Of a stretch of DNA of 64,000 nt, positions 55,201-64,000 are shown one piece after another. The notes beneath the pieces are model-generated. The model saw only the letters and a list, made by a program, of their open reading frames with translations, did no database searches and was not told the origin of the DNA. The position numbers and the translations under genes were made by a program. How positions within the stretch are numbered: the stretch's first letter is position 1; each line of letters begins with the position of its first letter. Location: the NCBI GenBank assembly GCA_002633005.1, contig NMRA01000566.1, forward strand, positions 92,646 through 156,645, given 5' to 3'. Source of the stretch: Phoronis australis (taxonomy: Eukaryota > Animalia > Phoronida).

Positions 55201-55863
55201 AAAGCTAGACAAACTATCAAAGTCATGTTAATATATGAGTGTAGATGGACACCTTTGGAGGCGTCAGAGTCTTTAAATGCTTCCAACTCAAACAAATATT
55301 TCCGTTATAAATATTTGTTTCCAAATAGTCTTTCGTCCCACCAACAGAATTGTGAAATGAGCCATTTGTTGTGGTTACTTAACTGTACATTACTATCTTT
55401 TAAACCATAACAAGGTCAACTTCCATGACCCCAGGAGAGAGCCAATCACTAAAGCACTACACTGGTGGACAGCCAGAATTTATTAGTGCTCAATTAACTT
55501 CAGTTCAGACCATGGCAGCATACCCCAATTTTTTAAACACACATAAACTATTCATAAACGGAGCGTTAGTTCTTGCTTTCCAGCTGTATTGCAAACTGCC
55601 AAAAGTCTTGACAGGTTGTCACTCTCAGCAATCGTGTTAATCAACCTGTAACCTAACATCGCCCCTATATGCCTGTGGCATAGTACATCCCCACAAAACA
55701 CTACGAATTTCAAAATACAGGAAATAAAATGAAACACGCGTATATACACATGGAATCATAATTAACACATACCCTAAGTCTGGAGACGATTCATTCAAGA
55801 TAATTTGAACAAATCGATGCAAATTTGTCGCAGTTTGCTCAACTTTCTCTTACCGGGTGCCAT
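12714..55863 (-). CDS. SBNO: Strawberry notch (SBNO/Sno)-family SF2-like helicase with C-terminal PIP-like motifs and UBZ4 zinc finger; 28 coding exons, about 1228 aa (whole gene span)
   Basis: Manually spliced exons join in frame through GT-AG introns. Diagnostic Sno motifs: [144 protein letters not shown]. Family assignment is firm; orthology to SBNO1/2 is not established. Confidence 0.93.
14824..15174. mobile_element. Degenerate GC-rich MITE-like element
   Basis: Imperfect TIRs (tacccgtcacac ... gtgcgacgtgggta); internal ggcgg/ccacggc repeats; GC island in an AT-rich intron. Confidence 0.5.
15364..16060 (-). mobile_element. 5'-truncated Penelope-like retroelement (end of RT, linker and frameshifted GIY-YIG endonuclease)
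   Basis: Translates to [54 protein letters not shown], the PLE C-terminal signature; frameshift near 15765-15790. Confidence 0.9.
16059..16536 (+). mobile_element. Second, inverted and internally deleted copy of the same Penelope-like 3' end
   Basis: Reverse complement of about 15396-15945 with a deletion; retains YIGETKR and TRFKEH coding remnants. Confidence 0.9.
17125..17275 (-). CDS. SBNO-like exon 27 ([29 protein letters not shown]...)
   Basis: Sno C-terminal VVR....G.R.VG...P motif; phase 2/0. Confidence 0.92.
18769..20476. mobile_element. Helentron/HINE-like element, copy 2 (SBNO intron)
   Basis: Same termini and internal 430-450 bp repeats as copy 1. Confidence 0.8.
20600..21810. 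mobile_element. Older degenerate copy of the same HINE-like family
   Basis: Diverged gccactagg and ggagataca subunits and a decayed terminal gcatataaata motif; boundaries approximate. Confidence 0.6.
25711..25816 (-). CDS. SBNO-like exon 26 ([35 protein letters not shown])
   Basis: G.R.....L.G motif; phase 1/2; gtaagt donor. Confidence 0.88.
26220..26360 (-). mobile_element. tRNA-derived SINE head fragment
   Basis: A-box-like tggcccggcgg and B-box ggttcaaatcc at tRNA-like spacing; no intact cloverleaf. Confidence 0.5.
26850..27250. mobile_element. About 400-bp MITE, PIF/Harbinger-like (CWG target)
   Basis: Imperfect TIRs of about 40 bp (ggcccggtacctaatctttgtactcgaaa vs reverse complement ggcccggtctccaatctttttactcgaaa); flanked by CAG/CTG (CAG in the duplicate copy near 27936). 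Confidence 0.75.
27214..28567. repeat. About 670-bp near-identical direct tandem duplication joined at an N (27898)
   Basis: 27214-27897 vs 27899-28567 differ by a few substitutions and one small indel; near-identical ORFs 27519..27728 and 28189..28398. Confidence 0.9.
28610..28693 (-). CDS. SBNO-like exon 25 ([28 protein letters not shown])
   Basis: W...Y......C.H...C.....C Cys/His cluster as in the Sno C-terminal region. Confidence 0.9.
28904..29163 (-). CDS. SBNO-like exon 24 ([13 protein letters not shown]...GFYKS...RPNTG...)
   Basis: Sno DRG.SWE, GFY and RPNTG motifs. Confidence 0.93.
30428..30594 (-). CDS. SBNO-like exon 23 ([29 protein letters not shown]...)
   Basis: Sno LF.YF...AK..G.Y..G motif. 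Confidence 0.93.
32491..32628 (-). CDS. SBNO-like exon 22 (DCLVLMGL...[19 protein letters not shown])
   Basis: Sno KFLNRILG...QN motif. Confidence 0.94.
32800..33222. mobile_element. Truncated degenerate copy of the HINE-like family
   Basis: One repeat unit plus terminal ...atatgcattacatacaaataggagggcgcataa. Confidence 0.65.
34366..34446 (-). CDS. SBNO-like exon 21 ([27 protein letters not shown])
   Basis: Phase 0/0, GT-AG, open frame. Confidence 0.82.
34725..34840 (-). CDS. SBNO-like exon 20 ([30 protein letters not shown]...)
   Basis: Sno GALT.GDRRA motif. Confidence 0.95.
35618..35703 (-). CDS. SBNO-like exon 19 ([28 protein letters not shown])
   Basis: Sno GE.RF...VA.RL.SL motif. Confidence 0.95.
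36210..36400 (-). CDS. SBNO-like exon 18 (...[15 protein letters not shown]...[21 protein letters not shown])
   Basis: Helicase motif V/VI equivalents. Confidence 0.96.
36468..38241. mobile_element. Helentron/HINE-like element, copy 3 (SBNO intron)
   Basis: Same termini; internal units spaced about 440-455 bp. Confidence 0.8.
39388..39481. repeat. Two-copy tandem repeat, unit about 48 bp
   Basis: gcttattgtgcaaccaccagatattgctgttggattatggtataat occurs twice with minor differences. Confidence 0.85.
39868..40116 (-). CDS. SBNO-like exon 17 (...[28 protein letters not shown]...MNVHE)
   Basis: Start of the C-terminal helicase domain; ORF track 39694..40116. Confidence 0.95.
40582..40704 (-). CDS. 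SBNO-like exon 16 ([41 protein letters not shown])
   Basis: Open frame with FVS...FP motif; gtgtgt donor; phase 0/0. Confidence 0.88.
41722..41815 (-). CDS. SBNO-like exon 15 ([12 protein letters not shown]...[11 protein letters not shown])
   Basis: Sno [10 protein letters not shown] motif. Confidence 0.95.
42597..42707 (-). CDS. SBNO-like exon 14 (...[17 protein letters not shown])
   Basis: Sno FWS.HQRFFK motif. Confidence 0.95.
43122..43189 (-). CDS. SBNO-like exon 13 ([23 protein letters not shown])
   Basis: Phase-consistent; YD....W motif. Confidence 0.9.
43628..43707 (-). CDS. SBNO-like exon 12 ([27 protein letters not shown])
   Basis: Sno E..AM.MK..G.Y..R.LSF motif. Confidence 0.95.
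44772..44862 (-). CDS. SBNO-like exon 11 ([30 protein letters not shown])
   Basis: Sno M.RLGLWG.G motif. Confidence 0.95.
46849..46912 (-). CDS. SBNO-like exon 10 ([21 protein letters not shown])
   Basis: Helicase motif III (SAT); GT-AG boundaries. Confidence 0.95.
47438..47490 (-). CDS. SBNO-like exon 9 ([17 protein letters not shown])
   Basis: TK...AV..IQ motif; GT-AG boundaries. Confidence 0.9.
48473..48674 (-). CDS. SBNO-like exon 8, Walker B ([10 protein letters not shown]...[18 protein letters not shown])
   Basis: DECH motif; also visible in ORF track 48431..48730. Confidence 0.95.
49235..49303 (-). CDS. SBNO-like exon 7 ([22 protein letters not shown])
   Basis: Completes the DARRDL.DLG motif; phase 2/2. 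Confidence 0.92.
49707..49885 (-). CDS. SBNO-like exon 6, Walker A ([34 protein letters not shown]...)
   Basis: Sno P-loop motif; GT-AG boundaries. Confidence 0.95.
50548..50655 (-). CDS. SBNO-like exon 5 (HLSLPDPTY...[14 protein letters not shown])
   Basis: LSxLQL motif; cccag acceptor, gtaagt donor. Confidence 0.92.
51025..51340. repeat. 22-bp minisatellite (gctgggccattcacatcattct), about 14 copies
   Basis: Directly visible tandem array in an SBNO intron. Confidence 0.95.
52045..52135 (-). CDS. SBNO-like exon 4 ([30 protein letters not shown])
   Basis: Matches the Sno N-terminal F..Y...HP.D.VE..SL motif; ttccag acceptor, gtacgt donor. Confidence 0.9.
52885..52999 (-). CDS. SBNO-like exon 3 ([38 protein letters not shown])
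   Basis: cacag acceptor, gtgagt donor, open frame, phase 1/2. Confidence 0.7.
54736..54819 (-). CDS. SBNO-like exon 2 ([28 protein letters not shown])
   Basis: ttgtag acceptor, gtatga donor, open frame, phase 1/1; contains an alternative in-frame ATG at 54808. Confidence 0.65.
55854..55863 (-). CDS. SBNO-like coding exon 1 (MAP+G)
   Basis: caaaATGGCACCCG|gtaag; strong donor; phase 1 joins in frame to exon 2 (MAPAKVKMET...). No homology support. Confidence 0.55.
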
Positions 55864-56911
55864 TTTGAGGAAGTTACATGAAATGACACATGTTGACGAA
55901 TATAAAGTCCAAGGGACACAAATCTTACAAATTTCACCTGTTACCTTCCCATGCTATTTTGCAAGTGTCACACACCACCGTCATGCGCTTCGCTCAGTCT
56001 CACGCTAGCCTTTGCCTAACTCAGGTGACTCAGTTGAAAAACTTTTGTTGTTATCGTGCACGTGGTGAAAAAGTTTACGATAACCAAAAACTAGAGTTGG
56101 AATTCTTTGCCAAAGTTACCTTAATTGCCTTAGCTATCGAAGATATATGTAAAAGTAGAAAAGAGTACTGAAGAAAGTAAGCGTTGACAAGGTAAAAACT
56201 CAAGAGTCGATTTGGCCTACTGCTCATATAAAATAGACGGGACGAAATTCGTCCAGAGAGCACTGGGAAGTAATGTAGCCCATAACCGGCCAACCGAGGG
56301 CTACGTGTTGCCTACCTGTAACCCTGTCATTGGCTGCTTGCACTTTGCTTGGGGTCATTCAGTGACAATAAAATTGGACTTAAACAGCAGCGAGAATTAC
56401 AGGGTAGGCAGTTATGTGGATGTGGGTAAAAAACTGACTGGATAAAGTCTGACAAAAACTACATCCTTCCCTGAGTAAACTAAATTATTTACCGGTGTTT
56501 GAAATATTGGCATTCTACCATTATTGTGTAGCTAAAGTTGTGGAGGGATCTCATGCGTCGGCTTTCGGCATCATGAAATATAGGGTCACCTATTGGATAG
56601 TTTCTTTTTTGCTGATTCCTCAATCAAGTGTTGTTCTTTCACACGGTTGCGTACACGTCACAACTAATTATCGGAACTGGTTTCACTTCATTATAATTTT
56701 TATACCAGCAAACCGAATTTCGGAAGAAATTTTGCTGCTGCCAAGCTATCATCATCTCCCTCCCAAGAGATGTCGCAAAAAATTTAGGAAATGGCGCGTG
56801 CACGTGTCACGAGCGAACTGTTTTCGAAACGAGAACATAACTATTCTTTCAAAGAATAGACGCTGAGGTTGGCCAGTAATGAAATATATCAAATAAACAC
56901 AGAAAAATCAG

Positions 56912-56985
56912 GAACCCCAACTGGGAAACGAACCACAGGACTCCAGATTGCCGGTCTAGTGCTCTCACCACTGAGCTACAGAGGA
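56912..56985 (-). mobile_element. tRNA-like sequence (SINE head or tRNA pseudogene)
   Basis: tagctcagtggtgagagc D-arm/A box, ctaga-ccggcaa-tctgg anticodon-like arm, ggttcgtttcc B box, downstream T run; acceptor stem pairs poorly. Confidence 0.6.
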
Positions 56986-59900
56986 CGCCGCTCATGGGAA
57001 ACATGCCTTAACACTTCGCTGTAAACAGTAATTGCACAGATAACTATTCTTCGTTAGAAAAGGCTGAGAATTGTGCAAGAAAATGACGTTTATCAGATTG
57101 TTTTTCACTTAAACGCCTGAAACAGGCAAGTTGAGTGTCGGTTGATTCCTAGATTTTGCACGCACCCTGTCTGGTCTTTAGCTTTACGTGCTGATACAAG
57201 TTTCACAGCGAGGTGATGAGCAGAACTACCCTGGCTGTGTGCAATTTCGGGGTCTATGGAAGATTAACACACAGTGGTACCTAGCTGTACTTTGACGATA
57301 GTCTTCATACAGCTAGCTGGCTGACTAGCAGTTGATATGACAAGAGTGATACACAAGGCTTCTGGTAGATCTCAGTGAAAGCAGTGACCACTATATTCAG
57401 TAGACGGTGAAGCAAATGCCAGACTGATCAAACATCTAAATCATTGTTGTTATAAGAACCTTTTGCCCACAAGGGGGACTTCTTAGGAGGTCGCCGGTGT
57501 TTTTAATTCCCTTCAATTTGAATGAATACTCGCGAGCTCGAAATAATTAAAGACATGGTCAGACTCCAAAACTGAAGAGTAACTGAAGGTGTCCCTTTAA
57601 TCTTTGCGCAAAAGGTACTAATAAAAAAGTGACCTTGATGTTTTAATCAGCATGAGGCATAATTCGCCAAAAACATTAAGGCGAATGAAAGCTCCATAGG
57701 AGCTTTACCGTCTCTACTGGCGCCAGGAAGAGACGGTGGTCACTATCTGTCAAACTTAGTCACTCACTGACTCACTCAGTCAGAGACTGAGTCAGTCTGA
57801 GTGTCAGTCAGTGAGTTAATCAAAGATTGGCAATAGGAAACAAATGCAAGGACCGCTACTTTTTAGGTGTCAGGCAGAGTCCTGTATGTCAGGTGAAATT
57901 CAACGCCTTAACAATCAGTAAGGAATCAATAAACACTCCAACGAATCCATCTTCTTCTCTTTGCATTTACACTTCTCGTCATTTCCCGCCATTGCTGTGT
58001 GCCCAGGTAATATCTGAGTTGCTCAGGAGTTCAATCAATCTATCAATCTCTTATAGTCAGTTTGACAAAACAGACCGACAAGACTAGCCGAAGGCTAATA
58101 TCACCGACTGCGAATAGTAACATGAAAAGCATAAATAATAACATAATTAACAATAAAATAATGATAAAACAAAACATATAACAAGATGAGAAAAAACACA
58201 TTAAGATATCATGAGAGCCGGTATGGCATGCACTACACACATACACATACACACCAGATTTAAAACCTGCATACCCCGCACCTGCACGGTGGTTCTGTCC
58301 AAAATTTAATGAAATTCTTAAAAAGTGTATAGTCCATGAACTTGGATTCATTTGGAAGAGAGTACTTCCAGAGGTTAGCACGTACACCTGAAACCTTGGC
58401 GCACGGTTCGACAATGACCTAGCACAGACGCAGATAATAATGAGACGCTTTTTTCTCAAAGAGGTCCCACATGAAAACATGAAAAGGGGTGACAAGTGAT
58501 GATATAACTTATATACCTCTAGGAGGATCGCGCGCTTTCTGAGATGGAGTTCATCCCGTTGCTCCCAACTTCATTAATTGTTCGATTCTATAGCCCAACA
58601 ACAAGTTGGGAAATTTACCCCCTTAGCCATGGAATATCTTACCCGACTGATTAACTCTATACTGGCATTTATGGTTGGAGGGCCTGTGCTCTTTTGTTCG
58701 ATAATTGCTTTAATCTCCGATCAGAGCCTGACTGGGATGGGCTGATAAAAATGAAAGTTAAGTTATAACATATTTGAGCTAAAACCAATAGCATTGCTGA
58801 ATTCTTCGTCAAATGCAGATCATGTTCCGTTTTTGAATCACTGCATGACCACGAAAGTCTGCCAACTAACAGAAGTTAAGACTATCTATTCCGTCCAAAC
58901 GGATTACCTCAACTTTTTGACTGTCGGCGCGTTCGGTAATAGCGTGCAACCCGTGACCATCGGTTTCCTTTGAAGCCTCATAGATTGCCCTGCTTATTGT
59001 TATCATACGGGACAAAAGACTGAGCTGGGCAGTTAACAAAAGAGCCAGATGTCTTTATCGCACGTTCAGCACCCCTCACGTCTTGAAAAGTTCAACTGAA
59101 CGACAGAACGCTGTAATGCAAGGGTCGAGAGATCTGCTCTATTGAGGAGTTCAGTACTAGTTCGCATACCAGTCCTAGTGATACACAAATCTGAGTGTCC
59201 TGTACTCGGTAGGGCGCTCGTCGCGCCGCAGAAATGCCACGTACTACGTCATTACATTAACTAAAGTGTGACAGGATAGTGCCATCCGTGCCACATGGCC
59301 AAGCTGTCCTGACAGCCTTTGAAGGACCACCAAGCTGCGCCGCAGCCTTCCGACAGAGAACTATGGTGTCTGTGCAAAACTAGCTGTTAATTGTCCAAAA
59401 TGAAACACCCAGCAATACCACGGCCGGGTGTCTTCAGCAGAGGCCGGGGTTAGCGCACCTCGTCGCCCGCCGTCCGGGGCCTTTAAAAAGTGGTACATTC
59501 TTCCGTGTATGTTGCGGCCGCGAAATCAAAGCTAATGCATAGCCTACTTATGGACCAGATTTCTATCTCAGCAGCAAACGTTTGCAGGCAACACCCTTGG
59601 CTGGCCTGCGGCCATCCACTCTCGGAGTGCTGAACCGTGCTCCCGACCATTTGCCCATTCGGCCAAATTTTAATTGCACGCGTAACATTGGCGGCGCACC
59701 ATAAGGGGCCGGGGGTATAGCCCCCCCCACACTTTTTAGTGCTACGGCGCATATGGTCGAGGGGGGCCTGAGCCTGAGTGGGGCATTGGCCCCACTTTGA
59801 GTGGATGCGCCGATCCGTATGTGCAAGGAGATGGCAGTTAGATCAGTCGTAGACTATGACACCCCACCAAGAAGAAAGCTTGCCTGTCTTTTGGGTCGCA

Positions 59901-62900
59901 GAAGCGCTACTCTTGAAGTCAGTCACTTCGTGTGAAAAACGGGTAAGAACCTATTGTTCAGGATCTCCTATCTGGTCACTGCGTTTGGACCATATGTTTA
60001 GATGCTGCATGCAAAACCCGGGCCCTCAAGTAGGCCTACTAGCTGTAAAGAAATAGCGGTAGGCCTACTCTCTAGGGATCCCCCGGCCAAGGGCGGAGTG
60101 ATCTGCCTCCACCCCCACCTCGCCGCTGGGTTTTCCTCGCCTGGTGAGTTGGGAAAGTCCATTCCGTGGTATTCATTTCGCCACCAGCGCTCTCCCCTCC
60201 TACCACCAAGAGCTCAAATTCAAGTAGAAATTTCAGATGACCCGCTTCTTTCCGTACAAGTATGTCATATTTTCACGGCAGAGCATTTATCAGTACTTCG
60301 AAGGAAGACACAGAAAGTTCCATATGCGCAAGTTTTATGATTACTATAACCATCGAAAGGTACGTGTGTCTAACTTCGAAACATCATGCACCAGAGAGGG
60401 ATAATCATTTTCAAATGACATTTTCATTTACAATGTTTTATGCAGTCTTTCTCAAAACCGATGTTCGACTGTGGTTTAACTGGAAGGCTTTATTTGTTTC
60501 CTCAATTGATATCGATTAAGCCGACGCATTCTCTTGTTCAAGGTAGTCTTTTGACGTCCCAACACTTCACCCACCCAAAATTATCCCTGTACAATCATTG
60601 TTTAGGGCCGTACGAAACGGAGGGGGGNNNNNNGGGGGGGGGGGCGTGTCCCCATTTGCAGGCGTCAGGGTTAAATCATGGCAACCAACATAGGGTTGGG
60701 GCCGGGGACAGGCGAGAAAAGAAAGACTACGAATACGGATAAGAGAGAAAATTCAAGAGAACATTTGCCAACTCAGTATTAGTGCATGGTTTACCCTTTG
60801 AGGGCCCTGGCCAGAACATTGTTGTTAGGGTCTCCGTTTTTGCTAAATACATGTAGGTAGTATAAACGCACTTCAAAACGTGCACTCGCGGCTTTATCAT
60901 TCATATATGTACTTCGAAAAATCGAGAAAATTTGTAGTAAAGCACAGCTTTTGCAGAGAAAATTAATTCACTGGATTTTTAAATTCAATAAGACAGTTTT
61001 GCACATGCATAAATACAAAATTATATAAATACAAAATTATATTTTCCAGATGACAGCTGTCGCTCTATCTTTTCGTGTTTTACTTTCTCTAAATTGTGTT
61101 TCACTTGAGAAAATTGGTGGCCTGGCAGATAACTTCAACTGCTGCGCATTTCCTGACTTTTGAAAATACAGATCTTTTCATATTTAGGGGCGCAGCTGTT
61201 GAAGAGGAAATTCAAGTGGCCACCCTTTTCGTGTTTTAATATGAAAATTCATAAGGGACCACTCACGAAGAGACTGATCGAGGGACCAATGTTGGAATCG
61301 ATTATCTCTATTTTCCTGTTTTCTGTCAAATCGTACAATCGGCTTTCATGCTAAGGAAATTAAAGTCACTTCTTGCAAGGTCATCCGACAATGGAATGAA
61401 CTGTCTCTCATATCCAAGCTTAGTGATGTGTAGCCTTTCATCTTAAGTGTCCCATTTCAGACGGGACCCCCTCTCAGTGGGGCGGTTCGGTATCCCTCCG
61501 TGCATGTAAATCTGATACTGTCAAGTATTCACGAGGGGAGGTTGAGATTCCAAATTCATCAAAAACCCAAAAACAACCGTGCACAGCAAAACATTCGACC
61601 CAAACAATCAAAAATGTGAAAAATACAATAGGGTTGACCACCATAAAAAGGAATTTAGAAGAACTTGAAGATCACTATTTGTGAATTACACAACTTGAAA
61701 AGGCTACTTCCGATGGTTAGTTACAAATAATATATTTTTCCAATAGTATCACAAGAATAGTATTTTTTGAAGGTCGTTACTACATGTAGGAATTGTTTGT
61801 AATGAATGCACAGGTGTCGTCGTGAAAAGACTAGGAGCTACGATTTGTGATGACCGTGTACATGTCGAACAAGGGTACTCAAAATACTCGCAATAATAAA
61901 CAAATATTTCAGCGTTTTTTTTTTCTTAGAGTTCAAGTTAAACTCACAAACTGTTATAGGTACCTAGGAAATGAGCAAAATACACCTTAATATGAATTGC
62001 CCTTCTTCCATGTTCCCCGGGTTATCCGTCAAAAATCTGCGATCATGTCTGCGGAAATTGCTTATAACATTCCGTTTTGATAAACAAATTCTTTGCTTTC
62101 TGATTAGCATGTCTGTGTATATACGAAAATCGACAGATTAGTGGATGATTTTTTAGCAATTATAAGCTAATATTTTTAAAACTGACGATGTTTCAGTGAA
62201 TTTAGTTGAAGCCTGATTATGGAAAAAACCTCTATAATCAGTAAAGTACACTTGGACGCTTCTTGCCTATCTAAAATAACTCTCCAAGACATTGATGAAA
62301 AATGGAAATTCCCAAAAATTTACTTGCAACTCAAATGACAATAAATGCATTTATTTTTGACTTCGGTACAAGAGGACTTAAGTCACAAAATCAAGGTAAA
62401 AGCATTGCTCATGGATTCGATTGTTGGTTTCTGAGTTACACGTTTATGTATCTACGAAAATGAGCTGACTGACTGATGATTTTTTTACAATTAGAACCTA
62501 ATCATGTAAGAAATGGCAGTGTTTCAACAAGCTTAGTGGCAAGCAGACATTGGGAAAATTCGATCTATCATCAGATCCTCATATACAGAGTGAAAAGTAC
62601 ACTAAATGATTTGATTTGTCTATCTGAAAGAAATCTCAAAGATATTGATGAATGTCGGACAGCTGTACAAAGTGTCCTAAAATTTTCTCACAATTCAAAT
62701 GTCAAAAATTGTTTATTGACTTAGGAAATATATTAATGGGTTTAGTTTCACAAACCCTAGATCGCAAAAAATTAAGTACTTAAGTAAATAAAATTACCGG
62801 TAATCTTTTTGCTCATCAGCTGGGAAAGGTTCATTTTGCACTTCTTTGATGTTGTTAGTTTCCAATAGCATTGCGCAATGAATTTTCTTCAAAACTAAAT

Positions 62901-64000
62901 CATTTGCTTGCCATTCCTGTGCATAATACTCACACGGAGCACGTCATGACTGACGCATCCAGGATATGAAATGTGAACATTTTTGGGACTCACTCGGTAT
63001 CATTTCCCCCAGCTACAAGAAAGTGGACTATGGACTGTGTTTTACCAAGTGATTTTGAAACGGCCACAAAGGCACTCATACCATGTACCTCGGGACATCA
63101 CCTTTCCAAAAAATTCCTTCAAAGAATGGCCATGATAAAATGAAGTTTTCTCGGAACTTGATCAGAATAAAACGAATCTTGACCTTAGAGCGAGCGCAGA
63201 GGAATAGGTACGAGCTATGCTGCCTGTCTCAAGTGAATATCTGAGCTGGCCTGCAACTAGTTCTAGTTTATCGAATCCACTGTTGGAACCCAACTACCCA
63301 TCAGTGCGCTGGCCCTAGACCCATTCTTACTCTCCGTGAAACTTTGTTGGTTCATGGTCATTCAAATCCTGATGGCTGCATCTCAGGTATTACCCACCAG
63401 CCCCCTTATGGCTGACATGGGGGTCGGGTACAAATATGATGACATCCAGAGAACGGGGGTGGGGGTGGCGATAGGAAGGAGGTAAGTTGGCGAGGTCGAA
63501 TTGGTTTGTGCCCTTCCCCCAATAATTTTTACCTTCCTACGGGCCTGCAATAATTGAGAAACAAGAATTGTTGTGTGGCGACGGTTACTGCCCCAACTGC
63601 TACTTTGGACTCAGGGTCGTTAAGAGTATTATCAGCTGAATACCTTAAAGGGACGAATGAAAACGATCATGGAATCGGGAAAATGTGTATTATGCGAAGA
63701 TGTAAGTCCTGCTACGAAGTACATGCAATCTTTATGTCACTTTGGTCAGAAATAACGCGTAACACAACTGACATCCAGCAAGCATAGAAACTCTTGCCTA
63801 AGTTTTTCTATTTAAGAAAACGCTTTCATTTGCTTTCATCGGCTTAAAACACAAGAAAAGTTTTCGTCAATTGACAGAAAGCTCTAAAATACAAACATTT
63901 CATTAAAAATACATGCATTGCCTTGTTTGCGAACTTCAAGGATTCGAGAAGTAGTGCTGCTGACTTCATACTTTGATTGCACTGACTTGCATATATTTTC

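Noticed and set aside
56912-56985. Functional tRNA gene
   Set aside because: The acceptor stem pairs poorly and the anticodon loop lacks the usual U33; reported as SINE/pseudogene instead.
58043-58495. 150-aa hydrophobic ORF
   Set aside because: Hydrophobicity comes from low-complexity T-rich sequence; no family motif.

Overview
AT-rich, intron-rich eukaryotic (probably invertebrate animal) genomic DNA; most ORFs in the track are spurious. The dominant feature is a complete 28-coding-exon gene on the minus strand (55863 to 12714). I spliced it by hand: every intron is GT-AG and every junction is phase-consistent, giving 3687 nt (about 1228 aa). It encodes a Strawberry-notch (SBNO/Sno)-family SF2-like helicase ([27 protein letters not shown]). 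Its last exon adds two PCNA-binding (PIP)-like motifs and a terminal UBZ4-type zinc finger, an architecture that suggests a ubiquitin-PCNA-recruited DNA damage tolerance protein rather than canonical SBNO1/2. The first coding exon of a class A GPCR lies at 5066-5294 (-). Introns and intergenic DNA carry several Helentron/HINE-like non-autonomous elements with internal higher-order tandem repeats, an inverted Penelope-like retroelement pair with hammerhead-like motifs, TIR MITEs (one with a 6-bp TSD), tRNA-derived SINE heads, a 22-bp minisatellite and a probable assembly duplication at an N. All coordinates were counted by eye.
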